Assembly (NCBI RefSeq): GCF_000026545.1 | Contig: NC_011601.1 | Length of the DNA stretch: 64,000 bases | Direction: 5' to 3' (one strand) | Origin: Escherichia coli O127:H6 str. E2348/69 | Lineage (GTDB): Bacteria > Pseudomonadota > Gammaproteobacteria > Enterobacterales > Enterobacteriaceae | Shown here: positions 10,000-20,494 of the stretch, piece by piece | How the letters are laid out: every line of letters starts with the position of its first letter | How positions within the stretch are numbered: the first letter of the stretch is position 1 | Program-made: the position numbers and the translations under genes | The notes under the pieces: generated by a model | Database searches by the model: none | Told to the model about the DNA's origin: nothing | The model's input: only the letters and a program-made list of their open reading frames with translations

Positions 10000-10036
10000 T
10001 GTCAGGTTACCCGTTTAACAGAGATGCCAGCTTTAA

Positions 10037-10051
10037 GCATTTTCTGTGCCA
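10037..10051 (-). promoter_or_regulatory. Candidate sigma54 (-24/-12) promoter for the hyc operon
   Basis: Reverse complement tggcacagaaaatgc fits TGGCAC-N5-TTGC spacing (GG and GC 10 nt apart). The hyc operon is known to be sigma54/FhlA dependent. Confidence 0.45.
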
Positions 10052-10094
10052 ACTTTTAATTCATTGTTATTAAAGCGATTTCTAAGCTAAAGAT

Positions 10095-10140
10095 GAATTT
10101 CGTCGCCGTGTCGACGTGTCATTTCGACATCATCGACATT
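10095..10140. promoter_or_regulatory. Candidate FhlA upstream activating sequence cluster between hycA and hypA
   Basis: Clustered repeats tgtcgacg / gtcatttcgaca / catcgaca containing CATTTCG-like half-sites, between two divergent sigma54 promoters. Confidence 0.35.
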
Positions 10141-10164
10141 ATTCACCGCAGGGATAATCAACAC

Positions 10165-10181
10165 TGGCACAATTATTGCTT
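10165..10181 (+). promoter_or_regulatory. Candidate sigma54 (-24/-12) promoter for the hyp operon
   Basis: TGGCACaattaTTGCT, about 30 nt upstream of the hypA start codon. Confidence 0.55.
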
Positions 10182-10210
10182 GTAGCTGGCAATAGTTAAT
10201 GGGAGGCGAT

Positions 10211-10561
10211 ATGCACGAAATAACCCTCTGCCAACGGGCACTGGAATTGATCGAACAGCAGGCCGCAAAACACGGCGCAAAACGCGTAACTGGGGTCTGG
10301 CTCAAAATTGGCGCATTTTCTTGTGTCGAAACCAGCTCTCTTGCCTTTTGTTTTGATCTGGTTTGCCGCGGCAGCGTGGCGGAAGGTTGTAAACTGCACC
10401 TCGAAGAACAAGAGGCCGAATGCTGGTGTGAAACATGCCAACAGTATGTGACGCTACTGACCCAGCGCGTCCGCCGCTGTCCACAGTGTCATGGTGACAT
10501 GCTACAGATTGTGGCAGACGACGGTTTACAGATTCGGCGGATAGAAATAGACCAGGAGTGA
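10211..10561 (+). CDS. hypA: Hydrogenase nickel-incorporation protein HypA (116 aa)
   Basis: MHEITLCQRALELIEQQA... with zinc-finger CxxC motifs. Confidence 0.95.
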   Translation: MHEITLCQRALELIEQQAAKHGAKRVTGVWLKIGAFSCVETSSLAFCFDLVCRGSVAEGCKLHLEEQEAECWCETCQQYVTLLTQRVRRCPQCHGDMLQIVADDGLQIRRIEIDQE

Positions 10562-10564
10562 GCG

Positions 10565-11437
10565 ATGTGTACAACATGCGGTTGCGGTGAAGGCAACCTG
10601 TATATCGAGGGTGATGAACATAACCCTCATTCCGCGTTTCGTAGCGCGCCATTTGCCCCGGCGGCACGCCCGAAGATGAAAATCACCGGCATTAAAGCGC
10701 CTGAATTTACCCCCAGCCAGACTGAAGAAGGCGACCTGCATTACGGTCATGGCGAAGCGGGCACTCACGCGCCGGGCATGAGCCAGCGTCGGATGCTGGA
10801 AGTCGAAATTGACGTGCTGGACAAAAATAACCGTCTGGCTGAACGCAACCGCGCGCGCTTTGCTGCCCGCAAGCAACTGGTGCTCAACCTGGTTTCCAGC
10901 CCTGGTTCCGGTAAAACCACCCTGCTGACGGAAACTTTAATGCGCCTGAAAGACAGCGTTCCGTGCGCGGTTATTGAAGGTGACCAGCAAACCGTGAACG
11001 ATGCCGCACGCATTCGCGCTACCGGCACCCCAGCGATTCAGGTGAACACCGGTAAAGGCTGCCATCTTGACGCACAGATGATTGCCGACGCCGCGCCGCG
11101 CCTGCCACTGGACGATAACGGTATTCTGTTTATCGAAAACGTCGGTAACCTCGTTTGCCCGGCCAGCTTCGATCTCGGTGAAAAACACAAAGTGGCGGTG
11201 CTTTCCGTTACCGAAGGTGAAGACAAACCGCTGAAATATCCGCACATGTTTGCCGCCGCCTCGCTGATGCTGCTCAACAAAGTTGACTTGCTGCCGTATC
11301 TCAACTTTGACGTTGAGAAGTGCATCGCCTGCGCCCGCGAAGTCAATCCAGAAATTGAAATCATCCTTATTTCCGCCACCAGCGGCGAAGGGATGGACCA
11401 GTGGCTGAACTGGCTGGAGACACAGCGATGTGCATAG
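10565..11437 (+). CDS. hypB: Hydrogenase maturation GTPase / nickel-binding protein HypB
   Basis: 290 aa, N-terminal [10 protein letters not shown] metal-binding motif and GSGKTT P-loop. Confidence 0.95.
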   Translation: MCTTCGCGEGNLYIEGDEHNPHSAFRSAPFAPAARPKMKITGIKAPEFTPSQTEEGDLHYGHGEAGTHAPGMSQRRMLEVEIDVLDKNNRLAERNRARFAARKQLVLNLVSSPGSGKTTLLTETLMRLKDSVPCAVIEGDQQTVNDAARIRATGTPAIQVNTGKGCHLDAQMIADAAPRLPLDDNGILFIENVGNLVCPASFDLGEKHKVAVLSVTEGEDKPLKYPHMFAAASLMLLNKVDLLPYLNFDVEKCIACAREVNPEIEIILISATSGEGMDQWLNWLETQRCA

Positions 11438-11700
11438 GCGTTCCCGGCCAGATCCGCACCATTGACGGCAACCAGGCGAAAGTCGACGTCTGCGGCATTC
11501 AGCGCGATGTCGATTTAACGTTAGTCGGCAGCTGCGATGAAAACGGTCAGCCACGCGTGGGCCAGTGGGTACTGGTTCACGTTGGCTTTGCCATGAGCGT
11601 AATTAATGAAGCCGAAGCACGCGACACTCTCGACGCCTTACAAAACATGTTTGACGTTGAGCCAGATGTCGGCGCGCTGTTGTATGGCGAGGAAAAATAA
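11428..11700 (+). CDS. hypC: Hydrogenase maturation chaperone HypC (90 aa)
   Basis: Conserved [10 protein letters not shown]-terminus; start set at that ATG, not the upstream extension. Confidence 0.93.
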   Translation: MCIGVPGQIRTIDGNQAKVDVCGIQRDVDLTLVGSCDENGQPRVGQWVLVHVGFAMSVINEAEARDTLDALQNMFDVEPDVGALLYGEEK

Positions 11701-12821
11701 TGCGTTTTGTTGATGAATATCGCGCGCCGGAACAGGTGATGCAGTTAATTGAACATCTGCGCGAACGTGCTTCACATCTCTCTTACACCGCCGAACGCCC
11801 TCTGCGGATTATGGAAGTGTGTGGCGGTCATACCCACGCCATTTTTAAATTCGGCCTCGACCAGTTGCTGCCGGAAAACGTTGAGTTTATCCACGGTCCG
11901 GGTTGCCCGGTGTGCGTACTGCCGATGGGTAGAATCGACACCTGCGTGGAGATTGCCAGCCATCAGGAAGTCATCTTCTGTACCTTTGGCGATGCCATGC
12001 GCGTACCAGGGAAACAGGGGTCGCTGTTGCAGGCAAAAGCACGCGGTGCCGATGTGCGCATCGTTTACTCGCCAATGGATGCGTTAAAACTGGCGCAGGA
12101 GAATCCAACCCGTAAAGTGGTATTCTTCGGCTTAGGTTTTGAAACCACCATGCCGACCACCGCCATCACTCTGCAACAGGCGAAAGCCCGCGATGTGCAG
12201 AATTTTTACTTCTTCTGCCAGCACATTACGCTTATCCCGACGCTGCGCAGTTTGCTGGAACAGCCAGATAACGGTATCGACGCGTTCCTCGCGCCGGGCC
12301 ACGTCAGTATGGTTATCGGCACTGATGCCTATAATTTTATCGCCAGCGATTTTCATCGTCCGCTGGTGGTCGCTGGTTTCGAACCCCTTGATCTACTGCA
12401 AGGCGTGGTGATGCTGGTGGAGCAGAAAATAGCGGCCCATAGCAAGGTAGAGAATCAGTATCGTCGGGTGGTGCCGGATGCCGGTAACCTGCTGGCGCAA
12501 CAGGCAATTGCTGATGTGTTCTGTGTCAACGGCGACAGCGAATGGCGCGGCTTAGGCGTGATTGAATCTTCTGGCGTGCACCTGACGCCGGATTATCAAC
12601 GATTCGATGCCGAAGCACATTTCCGCCCGGCACCGCAGCAGGTCTGCGATGACCCGCGTGCGCGTTGTGGCGAAGTCTTGACGGGCAAATGTAAGCCGCA
12701 TCAATGCCCGCTGTTTGGTAACACCTGTAATCCTCAAACCGCGTTTGGTGCGCTGATGGTTTCCTCCGAAGGAGCGTGCGCCGCGTGGTATCAGTATCGT
12801 CAGCAGGAGAGTGAAGCGTGA
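11700..12821 (+). CDS. hypD: Hydrogenase maturation protein HypD
   Basis: 373 aa, with CGxH and GPGCPVC motifs. Confidence 0.95.
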   Translation: MRFVDEYRAPEQVMQLIEHLRERASHLSYTAERPLRIMEVCGGHTHAIFKFGLDQLLPENVEFIHGPGCPVCVLPMGRIDTCVEIASHQEVIFCTFGDAMRVPGKQGSLLQAKARGADVRIVYSPMDALKLAQENPTRKVVFFGLGFETTMPTTAITLQQAKARDVQNFYFFCQHITLIPTLRSLLEQPDNGIDAFLAPGHVSMVIGTDAYNFIASDFHRPLVVAGFEPLDLLQGVVMLVEQKIAAHSKVENQYRRVVPDAGNLLAQQAIADVFCVNGDSEWRGLGVIESSGVHLTPDYQRFDAEAHFRPAPQQVCDDPRARCGEVLTGKCKPHQCPLFGNTCNPQTAFGALMVSSEGACAAWYQYRQQESEA

Positions 12822-13828
12822 ATAATATCCAACTCGCCCACGGTAGCGGCGGCCAGGCGATGCAGCAATTAATCAACAGCCTGTTTATGGAAGCCTTTGC
12901 CAACCCGTGGCTGGCAGAGCAGGAAGATCAGGCCCGTCTTGATTTGGCACAGCTGGTAGCGGAAGGCGACCGTCTGGCGTTCTCCACCGACAGTTACGTC
13001 ATTGACCCGCTGTTCTTTCCTGGCGGTAATATCGGCAAGCTGGCGATTTGCGGCACCGCCAATGACGTTGCGGTCAGTGGCGCAATTCCGCGCTATCTCT
13101 CCTGTGGCTTTATCCTCGAAGAAGGATTGCCGATGGAGACACTAAAAGCCGTAGTGACCAGCATGGCAGAAACCGCCCGCGCGGCAGGCATTGCCATCGT
13201 TACTGGCGATACCAAAGTGGTACAGCGCGGCGCGGCAGATAAACTGTTTATCAACACCGCTGGCATGGGCGCAATTCCGGCGAATATTCACTGGGGCGCA
13301 CAGACGCTAACCGCAGGCGATGTATTGCTGGTTAGCGGTACACTCGGCGACCATGGGGCGACTATCCTTAACCTGCGTGAGCAACTAGGGCTGGATGGCG
13401 AACTGGTCAGCGACTGCGCGGTGCTGACGCCGCTTATTCAGACGCTGCGTGACATTCCCGGCGTGAAAGCGCTGCGTGATGCCACCCGTGGTGGTGTAAA
13501 CGCGGTGGTTCATGAGTTCGCGGCAGCCTGCGGTTGTGGTATTGAACTTTCAGAAGCGGCACTGCCGGTTAAACCTGCTGTGCGCGGCGTTTGCGAACTG
13601 CTGGGACTGGACGCCCTTAACTTTGCCAACGAAGGCAAACTGGTGATCGCCGTTGAACGCAACGCAGCAGAGCAAGTGCTGGCGGCGTTACATTCCCATC
13701 CATTGGGAAAAGATGCGGCGCTGATTGGCGAAGTAGTAGAACGTAAAGGTGTTCGTCTTGCCGGTCTGTATGGCGTGAAACGAACCCTCGATCTACCGCA
13801 CGCCGAACCGCTTCCGCGTATATGCTAA
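12818..13828 (+). CDS. hypE: Hydrogenase maturation carbamoyl dehydratase HypE
   Basis: 336 aa, PurM-like; C-terminal PRIC cysteine. Confidence 0.95.
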   Translation: MNNIQLAHGSGGQAMQQLINSLFMEAFANPWLAEQEDQARLDLAQLVAEGDRLAFSTDSYVIDPLFFPGGNIGKLAICGTANDVAVSGAIPRYLSCGFILEEGLPMETLKAVVTSMAETARAAGIAIVTGDTKVVQRGAADKLFINTAGMGAIPANIHWGAQTLTAGDVLLVSGTLGDHGATILNLREQLGLDGELVSDCAVLTPLIQTLRDIPGVKALRDATRGGVNAVVHEFAAACGCGIELSEAALPVKPAVRGVCELLGLDALNFANEGKLVIAVERNAAEQVLAALHSHPLGKDAALIGEVVERKGVRLAGLYGVKRTLDLPHAEPLPRIC

Positions 13829-13901
13829 TAAAATTCTAAATCTCCTATAGTTAGTCAATGACCTTTTGCACCGCTTTGCGGTGCTTTCCTGGAAGAACAA
13901 A

Positions 13902-15980
13902 ATGTCATATACACCGATGAGTGATCTCGGACAGCAAGGGTTGTTCGACATCACTCGGACACTATTGCAGCAGCCCGATCTGGCCTCGCTGTGTGAGGCT
14001 CTTTCGCAACTGGTAAAGCGTTCTGCGCTCGCCGACAACGCGGCTATTGTGTTGTGGCAAGCGCAGACTCAACGTGCGTCTTATTACGCATCGCGTGAAA
14101 AAGACACCCCCATTAAATATGAAGACGAAACTGTTCTGGCACACGGTCCGGTACGCAGCATTTTGTCGCGCCCTGATACGCTGCATTGCAGTTACGAAGA
14201 ATTTTGTGAAACCTGGCCGCAGCTGGCCACAGGTGGGCTATACCCCAAATTTGGTCACTATTGCCTGATGCCACTGGCGGCGGAAGGGCATATTTTTGGT
14301 GGCTGTGAATTTATTCGTTATGACGATCGCCCCTGGAGCGAAAAAGAGTTCAATCGTCTGCAAACATTTACGCAGATCGTTTCTGTCGTCACCGAACAAA
14401 TCCAGAGCCGCGTCGTTAACAATGTCGACTATGAGTTGTTATGCCGGGAACGCGATAACTTCCGCATCCTGGTCGCCATCACTAACGCGGTGCTTTCCCG
14501 CCTGGATATGGACGAACTGGTCAGCGAAGTCGCCAAAGAAATCCATTACTATTTCGACATTGACGATATCAGCATCGTCTTACGCAGCCACCGTAAAAAC
14601 AAACTCAACATCTACTCCACTCACTATCTTGATAAACAGCATCCCGCTCACGAACAGAGCGAAGTCGATGAAGCCGGAACCCTCACCGAACGCGTCTTCA
14701 AAAGTAAAGAGATGCTGTTGATTAATCTCCACGAGCGGGACGATTTAGCCCCCTATGAACGCATGTTGTTCAACACCTGGGGCAACCAGATTCAAACCTT
14801 GTGCCTGTTACCGCTGATGTCTGGCGACACCATGCTGGGCGTGCTAAAACTGGCGCAATGCGAAGAGAAAGTCTTTACCACTACCAATCTGAATTTACTG
14901 CGCCAGATTGCCGAACGTGTGGCAATCGCTGTCGATAACGCCCTCGCCTATCAGGAAATTCATCGTCTGAAAGAACGGCTGGTTGATGAAAACCTCGCCC
15001 TGACCGAGCAGCTCAACAATGTTGATAGTGAATTTGGCGAGATTATTGGCCGCAGCGAAGCCATGTACAGCGTACTTAAACAAGTGGAAATGGTGGCGCA
15101 AAGTGACAGTACCGTTCTGATCCTCGGTGAAACTGGTACAGGTAAAGAGCTGATTGCCCGCGCGATCCATAATCTCAGTGGGCGTAATAATCGCCGCATG
15201 GTCAAAATGAACTGCGCGGCGATGCCTGCCGGATTGCTGGAGAGCGATCTATTTGGTCATGAGCGCGGGGCTTTTACCGGTGCCAGCGCTCAGCGCATTG
15301 GTCGTTTTGAACTGGCGAATAAAAGCTCACTATTCCTCGATGAAGTGGGCGATATGCCGCTGGAGTTACAGCCGAAGTTGCTGCGTGTATTACAGGAACA
15401 GGAGTTTGAACGTCTCGGCAGCAACAAAATCATTCAGACGGACGTACGTTTAATTGCCGCGACTAACCGCGATCTGAAAAAAATGGTCGCCGACCGAGAG
15501 TTCCGTAGCGATCTCTATTACCGTCTGAACGTATTCCCGATCCACCTGCCGCCACTACGCGAGCGTCCGGAAGATATTCCGCTGCTGGCGAAAGCCTTTA
15601 CCTTCAAAATTGCCCGTCGTCTGGGGCGCAATATCGACAGCATTCCTGCCGAGACGCTGCGCATCCTGAGCAACATGGAATGGCCGGGCAACGTGCGTGA
15701 GCTGGAAAACGTCATTGAGCGCGCGGTATTGCTAACACGCGGCAACGTGCTGCAGCTGTCATTGCCAGATATTGCTTTACCAAAACCTGAAACGCCGCCT
15801 GCCGCAACGGTTGTCGCCCAGGAGGGCGAAGATGAATATCAGTTGATTGTTCGCGTGCTGAAAGAAACAAACGGCGTGGTTGCCGGGCCTAAAGGCGCTG
15901 CGCAACGTCTGGGGCTGAAACGCACGACTCTGCTGTCACGGATGAAGCGACTGGGAATTGATAAATCGGCATTGATTTAA
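13902..15980 (+). CDS. fhlA: Formate hydrogenlyase transcriptional activator FhlA (sigma54-dependent, 692 aa)
   Basis: MSYTPMSDLGQQGLFDITRT..., GAF domains, AAA+ GETGTGKE and GAFTGA motifs, C-terminal HTH. Confidence 0.95.
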   Translation: MSYTPMSDLGQQGLFDITRTLLQQPDLASLCEALSQLVKRSALADNAAIVLWQAQTQRASYYASREKDTPIKYEDETVLAHGPVRSILSRPDTLHCSYEEFCETWPQLATGGLYPKFGHYCLMPLAAEGHIFGGCEFIRYDDRPWSEKEFNRLQTFTQIVSVVTEQIQSRVVNNVDYELLCRERDNFRILVAITNAVLSRLDMDELVSEVAKEIHYYFDIDDISIVLRSHRKNKLNIYSTHYLDKQHPAHEQSEVDEAGTLTERVFKSKEMLLINLHERDDLAPYERMLFNTWGNQIQTLCLLPLMSGDTMLGVLKLAQCEEKVFTTTNLNLLRQIAERVAIAVDNALAYQEIHRLKERLVDENLALTEQLNNVDSEFGEIIGRSEAMYSVLKQVEMVAQSDSTVLILGETGTGKELIARAIHNLSGRNNRRMVKMNCAAMPAGLLESDLFGHERGAFTGASAQRIGRFELANKSSLFLDEVGDMPLELQPKLLRVLQEQEFERLGSNKIIQTDVRLIAATNRDLKKMVADREFRSDLYYRLNVFPIHLPPLRERPEDIPLLAKAFTFKIARRLGRNIDSIPAETLRILSNMEWPGNVRELENVIERAVLLTRGNVLQLSLPDIALPKPETPPAATVVAQEGEDEYQLIVRVLKETNGVVAGPKGAAQRLGLKRTTLLSRMKRLGIDKSALI

Positions 15981-16024
15981 CAGATGTGGTTATACTCGAT
16001 CAACATTCAATGAAAGGAGGCAGT

Positions 16025-16453
16025 ATGGCAGTTTCAGCAAGAAATCAATTAACCGGAACAGTTAGCGCAGTAGCAATGGGCGCTGTGAATGATGAAGTAG
16101 AACTGACGCTGGCAGGTGGTGCAAAGCTGGTGGCAATTGTGACTCACAGCAGCCAGCAAGCGCTGGGTCTGGCGAAAGGGAAAGAAGCGATTGCCCTGAT
16201 TAAAGCCCCGTGGGTAACGCTGGCAACGGAAGACTGTGGACTGAAATTCTCTGCTCGCAACCAGTTTGCTGGCAGCGTGTCGACAATCACCGAAGGCGCA
16301 GTGAACGCCACTGTCCATATCAAAACGGATGCGGGTTTTGAAATTGTGGCAGTGGTAACAAATGAAAGTCAGGATGAAATGAAACTCACCACTGGCTCGC
16401 GCGTTATTGCATTGATCAAAGCATCAGCCATCCTGATTGCCACCAAAGCGTAA
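16025..16453 (+). CDS. Molybdate-binding di-TOBE (Mop-like) protein, 142 aa
   Basis: Two tandem TOBE repeats, each starting SARNQ(L/F)xGxV. AAAGGAGG ribosome-binding site 6 nt upstream; starts 44 bp after the fhlA stop. Confidence 0.8.
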   Translation: MAVSARNQLTGTVSAVAMGAVNDEVELTLAGGAKLVAIVTHSSQQALGLAKGKEAIALIKAPWVTLATEDCGLKFSARNQFAGSVSTITEGAVNATVHIKTDAGFEIVAVVTNESQDEMKLTTGSRVIALIKASAILIATKA

Positions 16454-16464
16454 GCGCCGTATTT

Positions 16465-16487
16465 GCCGGAGAGTATGGCTCTCCGGC
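16465..16487. terminator. Bidirectional intrinsic terminator between the mop-like gene and ygbA
   Basis: 9-bp stem gccggagag / ctctccggc with 5-nt loop, T-rich tract downstream on the plus strand. Confidence 0.55.
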
Positions 16488-16491
16488 AGAT

Positions 16492-16836
16492 TTATTTCTT
16501 TGGACGATATTTTTCTGGCAACTCCGGCACCGGACGCTTGTCATCGATGAGATGACGCACGGTTAAGATCGGATGACGCCACAGCATTCTCGGCCCGGCC
16601 CAACGCATAATCTGTTTCATCTCTTCACGCTTTGCAGGCTGGTAACAGTGCACCGGACACTGCTTACAGGCTGGTTTCTCTTCGCCGAACACACATTTAT
16701 CCAGCCGCTTTTGCGCGTAAGCAAACAACGCCTCGTAATGCTCCGGCTCTGCTGACGCCTGCGGGCATTTCGCTTGATAAAGATCGATCATTTTTTTAAT
16801 CGTCAGTTTTTCACGAGAGATACGCTTGCCGGACAT
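16492..16836 (-). CDS. ygbA: Nitrous-oxide-stimulated promoter family protein YgbA
   Basis: 114-aa ORF with CxxC motifs, divergent from mutS as in E. coli. Confidence 0.85.
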   Translation of the reverse strand: MSGKRISREKLTIKKMIDLYQAKCPQASAEPEHYEALFAYAQKRLDKCVFGEEKPACKQCPVHCYQPAKREEMKQIMRWAGPRMLWRHPILTVRHLIDDKRPVPELPEKYRPKK

Positions 16837-16852
16837 GCTGCCTCCATACTCT

Positions 16853-16875
16853 AAGGTGCATTTATATTACAACTT
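16853..16875. promoter_or_regulatory. Candidate NsrR operator upstream of ygbA
   Basis: aaggtgcatttatattacaactt resembles the NsrR consensus (AAnATGCATTT...AAATnCATnTT); ygbA is a known NsrR regulon member. Confidence 0.3.
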
Positions 16876-17120
16876 AACTTTAAAGGGGACTATGGCTCTG
16901 AAGGAGGAGGTTTCTTCAACCGACGAATTTTGCAATCTTGTTTCATCGTCATCACGCAAAAGCTGTAAAGCAGCATTTTTCGCGGAACCGACATCAAGAA
17001 CTCACCTTTCGCGTCTTCCCCTGAAATGATTAACTCCGGTATCATGTGCGCCTTATGTGATTACAACGAAAATAAAAACCATCACACTACATTTAACATC
17101 AGGGAGCCGGACTTAACCCC

Positions 17121-19682
17121 ATGAGTACAATAGAAAATTTCGACGCCCATACGCCCATGATGCAGCAGTATCTCAAGCTGAAAGCCCAGCATCCCGAGAT
17201 CCTGCTGTTTTACCGGATGGGCGACTTTTATGAACTGTTTTATGACGACGCAAAACGGGCGTCGCAACTGCTGGATATTTCACTGACCAAACGCGGTGCT
17301 TCAGCGGGAGAGCCAATCCCGATGGCGGGGATTCCCTACCATGCGGTGGAAAACTACCTCGCCAAACTGGTGAATCAGGGCGAATCCGTCGCTATTTGTG
17401 AACAGATTGGCGATCCGGCGACCAGCAAAGGGCCGGTTGAGCGCAAAGTTGTCCGTATCGTTACGCCGGGCACCATCAGCGATGAAGCGCTGTTGCAGGA
17501 ACGTCAGGACAACCTGCTGGCGGCTATCTGGCAGGACAGTAAAGGTTTCGGCTACGCAACGCTGGATATCAGTTCCGGTCGTTTTCGCCTGAGCGAACCG
17601 GCAGACCGCGAAACGATGGCGGCAGAACTGCAACGTACGAATCCAGCGGAATTACTGTATGCGGAAGATTTCGCCGAGATGTCGCTGATTGAAGGTCGCC
17701 GCGGCCTGCGTCGTCGCCCGCTGTGGGAGTTTGAAATCGACACCGCTCGCCAGCAATTGAACCTGCAATTTGGCACTCGCGATCTGGTCGGTTTTGGTGT
17801 GGAGAACGCACCACGCGGACTTTGTGCTGCCGGTTGTCTGTTGCAGTATGCGAAAGATACCCAACGCACGACCCTGCCGCATATTCGTTCTATCACTATG
17901 GAACGTCAGCAGGACAGCATCATTATGGATGCCGCGACGCGTCGTAACCTGGAAATTACTCAGAACCTGGCCGGCGGTGCGGAAAATACGCTGACCTCAG
18001 TGCTCGACTGCACTGTAACGCCGATGGGTAGTCGTATGCTGAAACGCTGGCTGCATATGCCAGTGCGCGATACCCGCGTGTTGCTTGAGCGCCAGCAAAC
18101 TATTGGCGCATTGCAGGATTTCACCGCCGAGCTACAGCCGGTACTGCGTCAGGTCGGCGACCTGGAACGTATTCTGGCGCGTCTGGCGTTGCGTACCGCT
18201 CGCCCACGCGATCTGGCCCGTATGCGTCACGCTTTCCAGCAACTGCCGGAGTTGCGTGCGCAGTTAGAAAATGTCGATAGTGCACCGGTACAAGCGCTGC
18301 GTGAGAAGATGGGCGAGTTTGCCGAACTGCGCGACCTGCTGGAGCGAGCAATCATCGACACGCCGCCGGTGCTGGTACGCGATGGTGGTGTTATTGCGAC
18401 TGGTTATAACGAAGAACTGGATGAATGGCGTGCGCTGGCCGACGGCGCGACCGATTATCTGGAACGTCTGGAAGTCCGCGAGCGTGAACGTACCGGCCTG
18501 GACACGCTGAAAGTTGGCTTTAATGCGGTGCACGGCTACTACATTCAAATCAGCCGTGGGCAAAGCCATCTGGCACCAATCAACTACATGCGTCGCCAGA
18601 CGCTGAAAAACGCCGAGCGCTACATCATTCCAGAGCTAAAAGAGTACGAAGATAAAGTTCTCACCTCAAAAGGCAAAGCACTGGCTCTGGAAAAACAACT
18701 TTATGAAGAGCTGTTCGACCTGCTGTTGCCGCATCTGGAAGCGTTGCAACAGAGCGCGAGCGCGCTGGCGGAACTCGACGTGCTGGTGAACCTGGCGGAG
18801 CGGGCCTATACCCTGAACTACACCTGCCCGACCTTTATTGATAAACCTGGCATTCGCATTACCGAAGGTCGCCATCCGGTAGTTGAACAAGTACTGAATG
18901 AGCCGTTTATCGCTAACCCGCTGAACCTGTCGCCGCAGCGTCGCATGTTGATCATTACCGGTCCGAACATGGGAGGTAAAAGTACCTATATGCGCCAGAC
19001 CGCGTTGATTGCGCTGATGGCGTATATCGGCAGCTACGTACCGGCGCAAAAAGTCGAGATTGGCCCGATTGACCGTATCTTTACCCGCGTAGGTGCCGCG
19101 GATGATCTGGCTTCCGGGCGTTCAACCTTTATGGTGGAGATGACCGAAACCGCCAATATTTTACATAACGCCACCGAATACAGTCTGGTGTTGATGGACG
19201 AGATCGGGCGTGGAACGTCCACTTACGATGGTCTGTCGCTGGCGTGGGCATGCGCGGAAAATCTGGCAAATAAGATCAAAGCGTTGACGCTGTTTGCTAC
19301 CCACTATTTCGAGCTGACCCAGTTACCGGAGAAAATGGAAGGCGTCGCCAACGTGCATCTCGATGCACTGGAGCACGGCGACACCATTGCCTTTATGCAT
19401 AGCGTGCAGGATGGCGCAGCGAGCAAAAGCTACGGCCTGGCGGTTGCAGCTCTGGCGGGTGTGCCAAAAGAGGTTATTAAGCGCGCACGGCAAAAACTGC
19501 GTGAGCTGGAAAGCATTTCGCCGAACGCCGCTGCTACGCAAGTGGATGGTACACAAATGTCTTTGCTGTCCGTACCGGAAGAAACTTCGCCTGCGGTCGA
19601 GGCACTGGAAAACCTCGACCCGGATTCATTGACTCCGCGTCAGGCGCTGGAGTGGATTTATCGCTTGAAGAGTCTGGTGTAA
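17121..19682 (+). CDS. mutS: DNA mismatch repair protein MutS (853 aa)
   Basis: Full-length [40 protein letters not shown]... including Walker [10 protein letters not shown]. Confidence 0.98.
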   Translation: MSTIENFDAHTPMMQQYLKLKAQHPEILLFYRMGDFYELFYDDAKRASQLLDISLTKRGASAGEPIPMAGIPYHAVENYLAKLVNQGESVAICEQIGDPATSKGPVERKVVRIVTPGTISDEALLQERQDNLLAAIWQDSKGFGYATLDISSGRFRLSEPADRETMAAELQRTNPAELLYAEDFAEMSLIEGRRGLRRRPLWEFEIDTARQQLNLQFGTRDLVGFGVENAPRGLCAAGCLLQYAKDTQRTTLPHIRSITMERQQDSIIMDAATRRNLEITQNLAGGAENTLTSVLDCTVTPMGSRMLKRWLHMPVRDTRVLLERQQTIGALQDFTAELQPVLRQVGDLERILARLALRTARPRDLARMRHAFQQLPELRAQLENVDSAPVQALREKMGEFAELRDLLERAIIDTPPVLVRDGGVIATGYNEELDEWRALADGATDYLERLEVRERERTGLDTLKVGFNAVHGYYIQISRGQSHLAPINYMRRQTLKNAERYIIPELKEYEDKVLTSKGKALALEKQLYEELFDLLLPHLEALQQSASALAELDVLVNLAERAYTLNYTCPTFIDKPGIRITEGRHPVVEQVLNEPFIANPLNLSPQRRMLIITGPNMGGKSTYMRQTALIALMAYIGSYVPAQKVEIGPIDRIFTRVGAADDLASGRSTFMVEMTETANILHNATEYSLVLMDEIGRGTSTYDGLSLAWACAENLANKIKALTLFATHYFELTQLPEKMEGVANVHLDALEHGDTIAFMHSVQDGAASKSYGLAVAALAGVPKEVIKRARQKLRELESISPNAAATQVDGTQMSLLSVPEETSPAVEALENLDPDSLTPRQALEWIYRLKSLV

Positions 19683-19787
19683 TAATAATTCCCAATAGCC
19701 TTTTGCTATCGGGAATATTAACGACAACTGACGAATCAAATAAAAATACCCTGTATAATAGGAAAGCTTATTTTACAGGGTAAAACC

Positions 19788-20444
19788 ATGCCATCTACAC
19801 GCTACCAAAAAATCAACGCCCATCACTATCGCCATATATGGACCGTTGGTGATATTCATGGTGACTATCAATTATTACAATCCCGCTTACATCAACTCTC
19901 TTTTTGTCCTGAAACCGACTTACTTATTTCGGTAGGCGATAACATCGATCGTGGGCCGGAGAGTCTTAACGTACTACGCCTGTTAAACCAGCCCTGGTTT
20001 ACATCGGTTAAAGGCAACCATGAAGCGATGGCGCTTGATGCATTCGAAACTGGCGATGGAAATATGTGGCTTGCCAGCGGTGGTGACTGGTTTTTCGATT
20101 TAAATGATTCAGAGCAACAAGAGGCAATAGATCTGTTGCTGAAATTCCATCACCTTCCACATATTATTGAAATCACTAACGACACCATAAAATATGTCAT
20201 CGCACATGCAGATTATCCGGGGAAGGAGTATCAGTTTGGCAAAGAAATAGCGGAGAGAGAATTACTCTGGCCTGTTGATCGTGTGCAGAAATCACTTAAT
20301 AGCGAATTACAAAAAATAAACGGCGCCGACTTCTTTATATTTGGTCATATGATGTTTGATAACATTCAGACGTTCGCTAACCAGATTTATATTGATACCG
20401 GATCGCCGAAAAGCGGGCGGCTGTCATTTTATAAAATAAAGTAG
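19788..20444 (+). CDS. pphB: Serine/threonine protein phosphatase 2 (PphB/PrpB)
   Basis: 218 aa, metallophosphatase motifs GDIHG, GDNIDRG, GNHE. Confidence 0.9.
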   Translation: MPSTRYQKINAHHYRHIWTVGDIHGDYQLLQSRLHQLSFCPETDLLISVGDNIDRGPESLNVLRLLNQPWFTSVKGNHEAMALDAFETGDGNMWLASGGDWFFDLNDSEQQEAIDLLLKFHHLPHIIEITNDTIKYVIAHADYPGKEYQFGKEIAERELLWPVDRVQKSLNSELQKINGADFFIFGHMMFDNIQTFANQIYIDTGSPKSGRLSFYKIK

Positions 20445-20445
20445 T

Positions 20446-20471
20446 CTCATGCTTCTTCTGTGAAGCATGAG
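20446..20471. terminator. Bidirectional intrinsic terminator between pphB and ygbI
   Basis: 10-bp perfect stem ctcatgcttc / gaagcatgag with 6-nt loop. Confidence 0.65.
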
Positions 20472-20494
20472 TAACCCGGCGTTATTGCAGGTCA

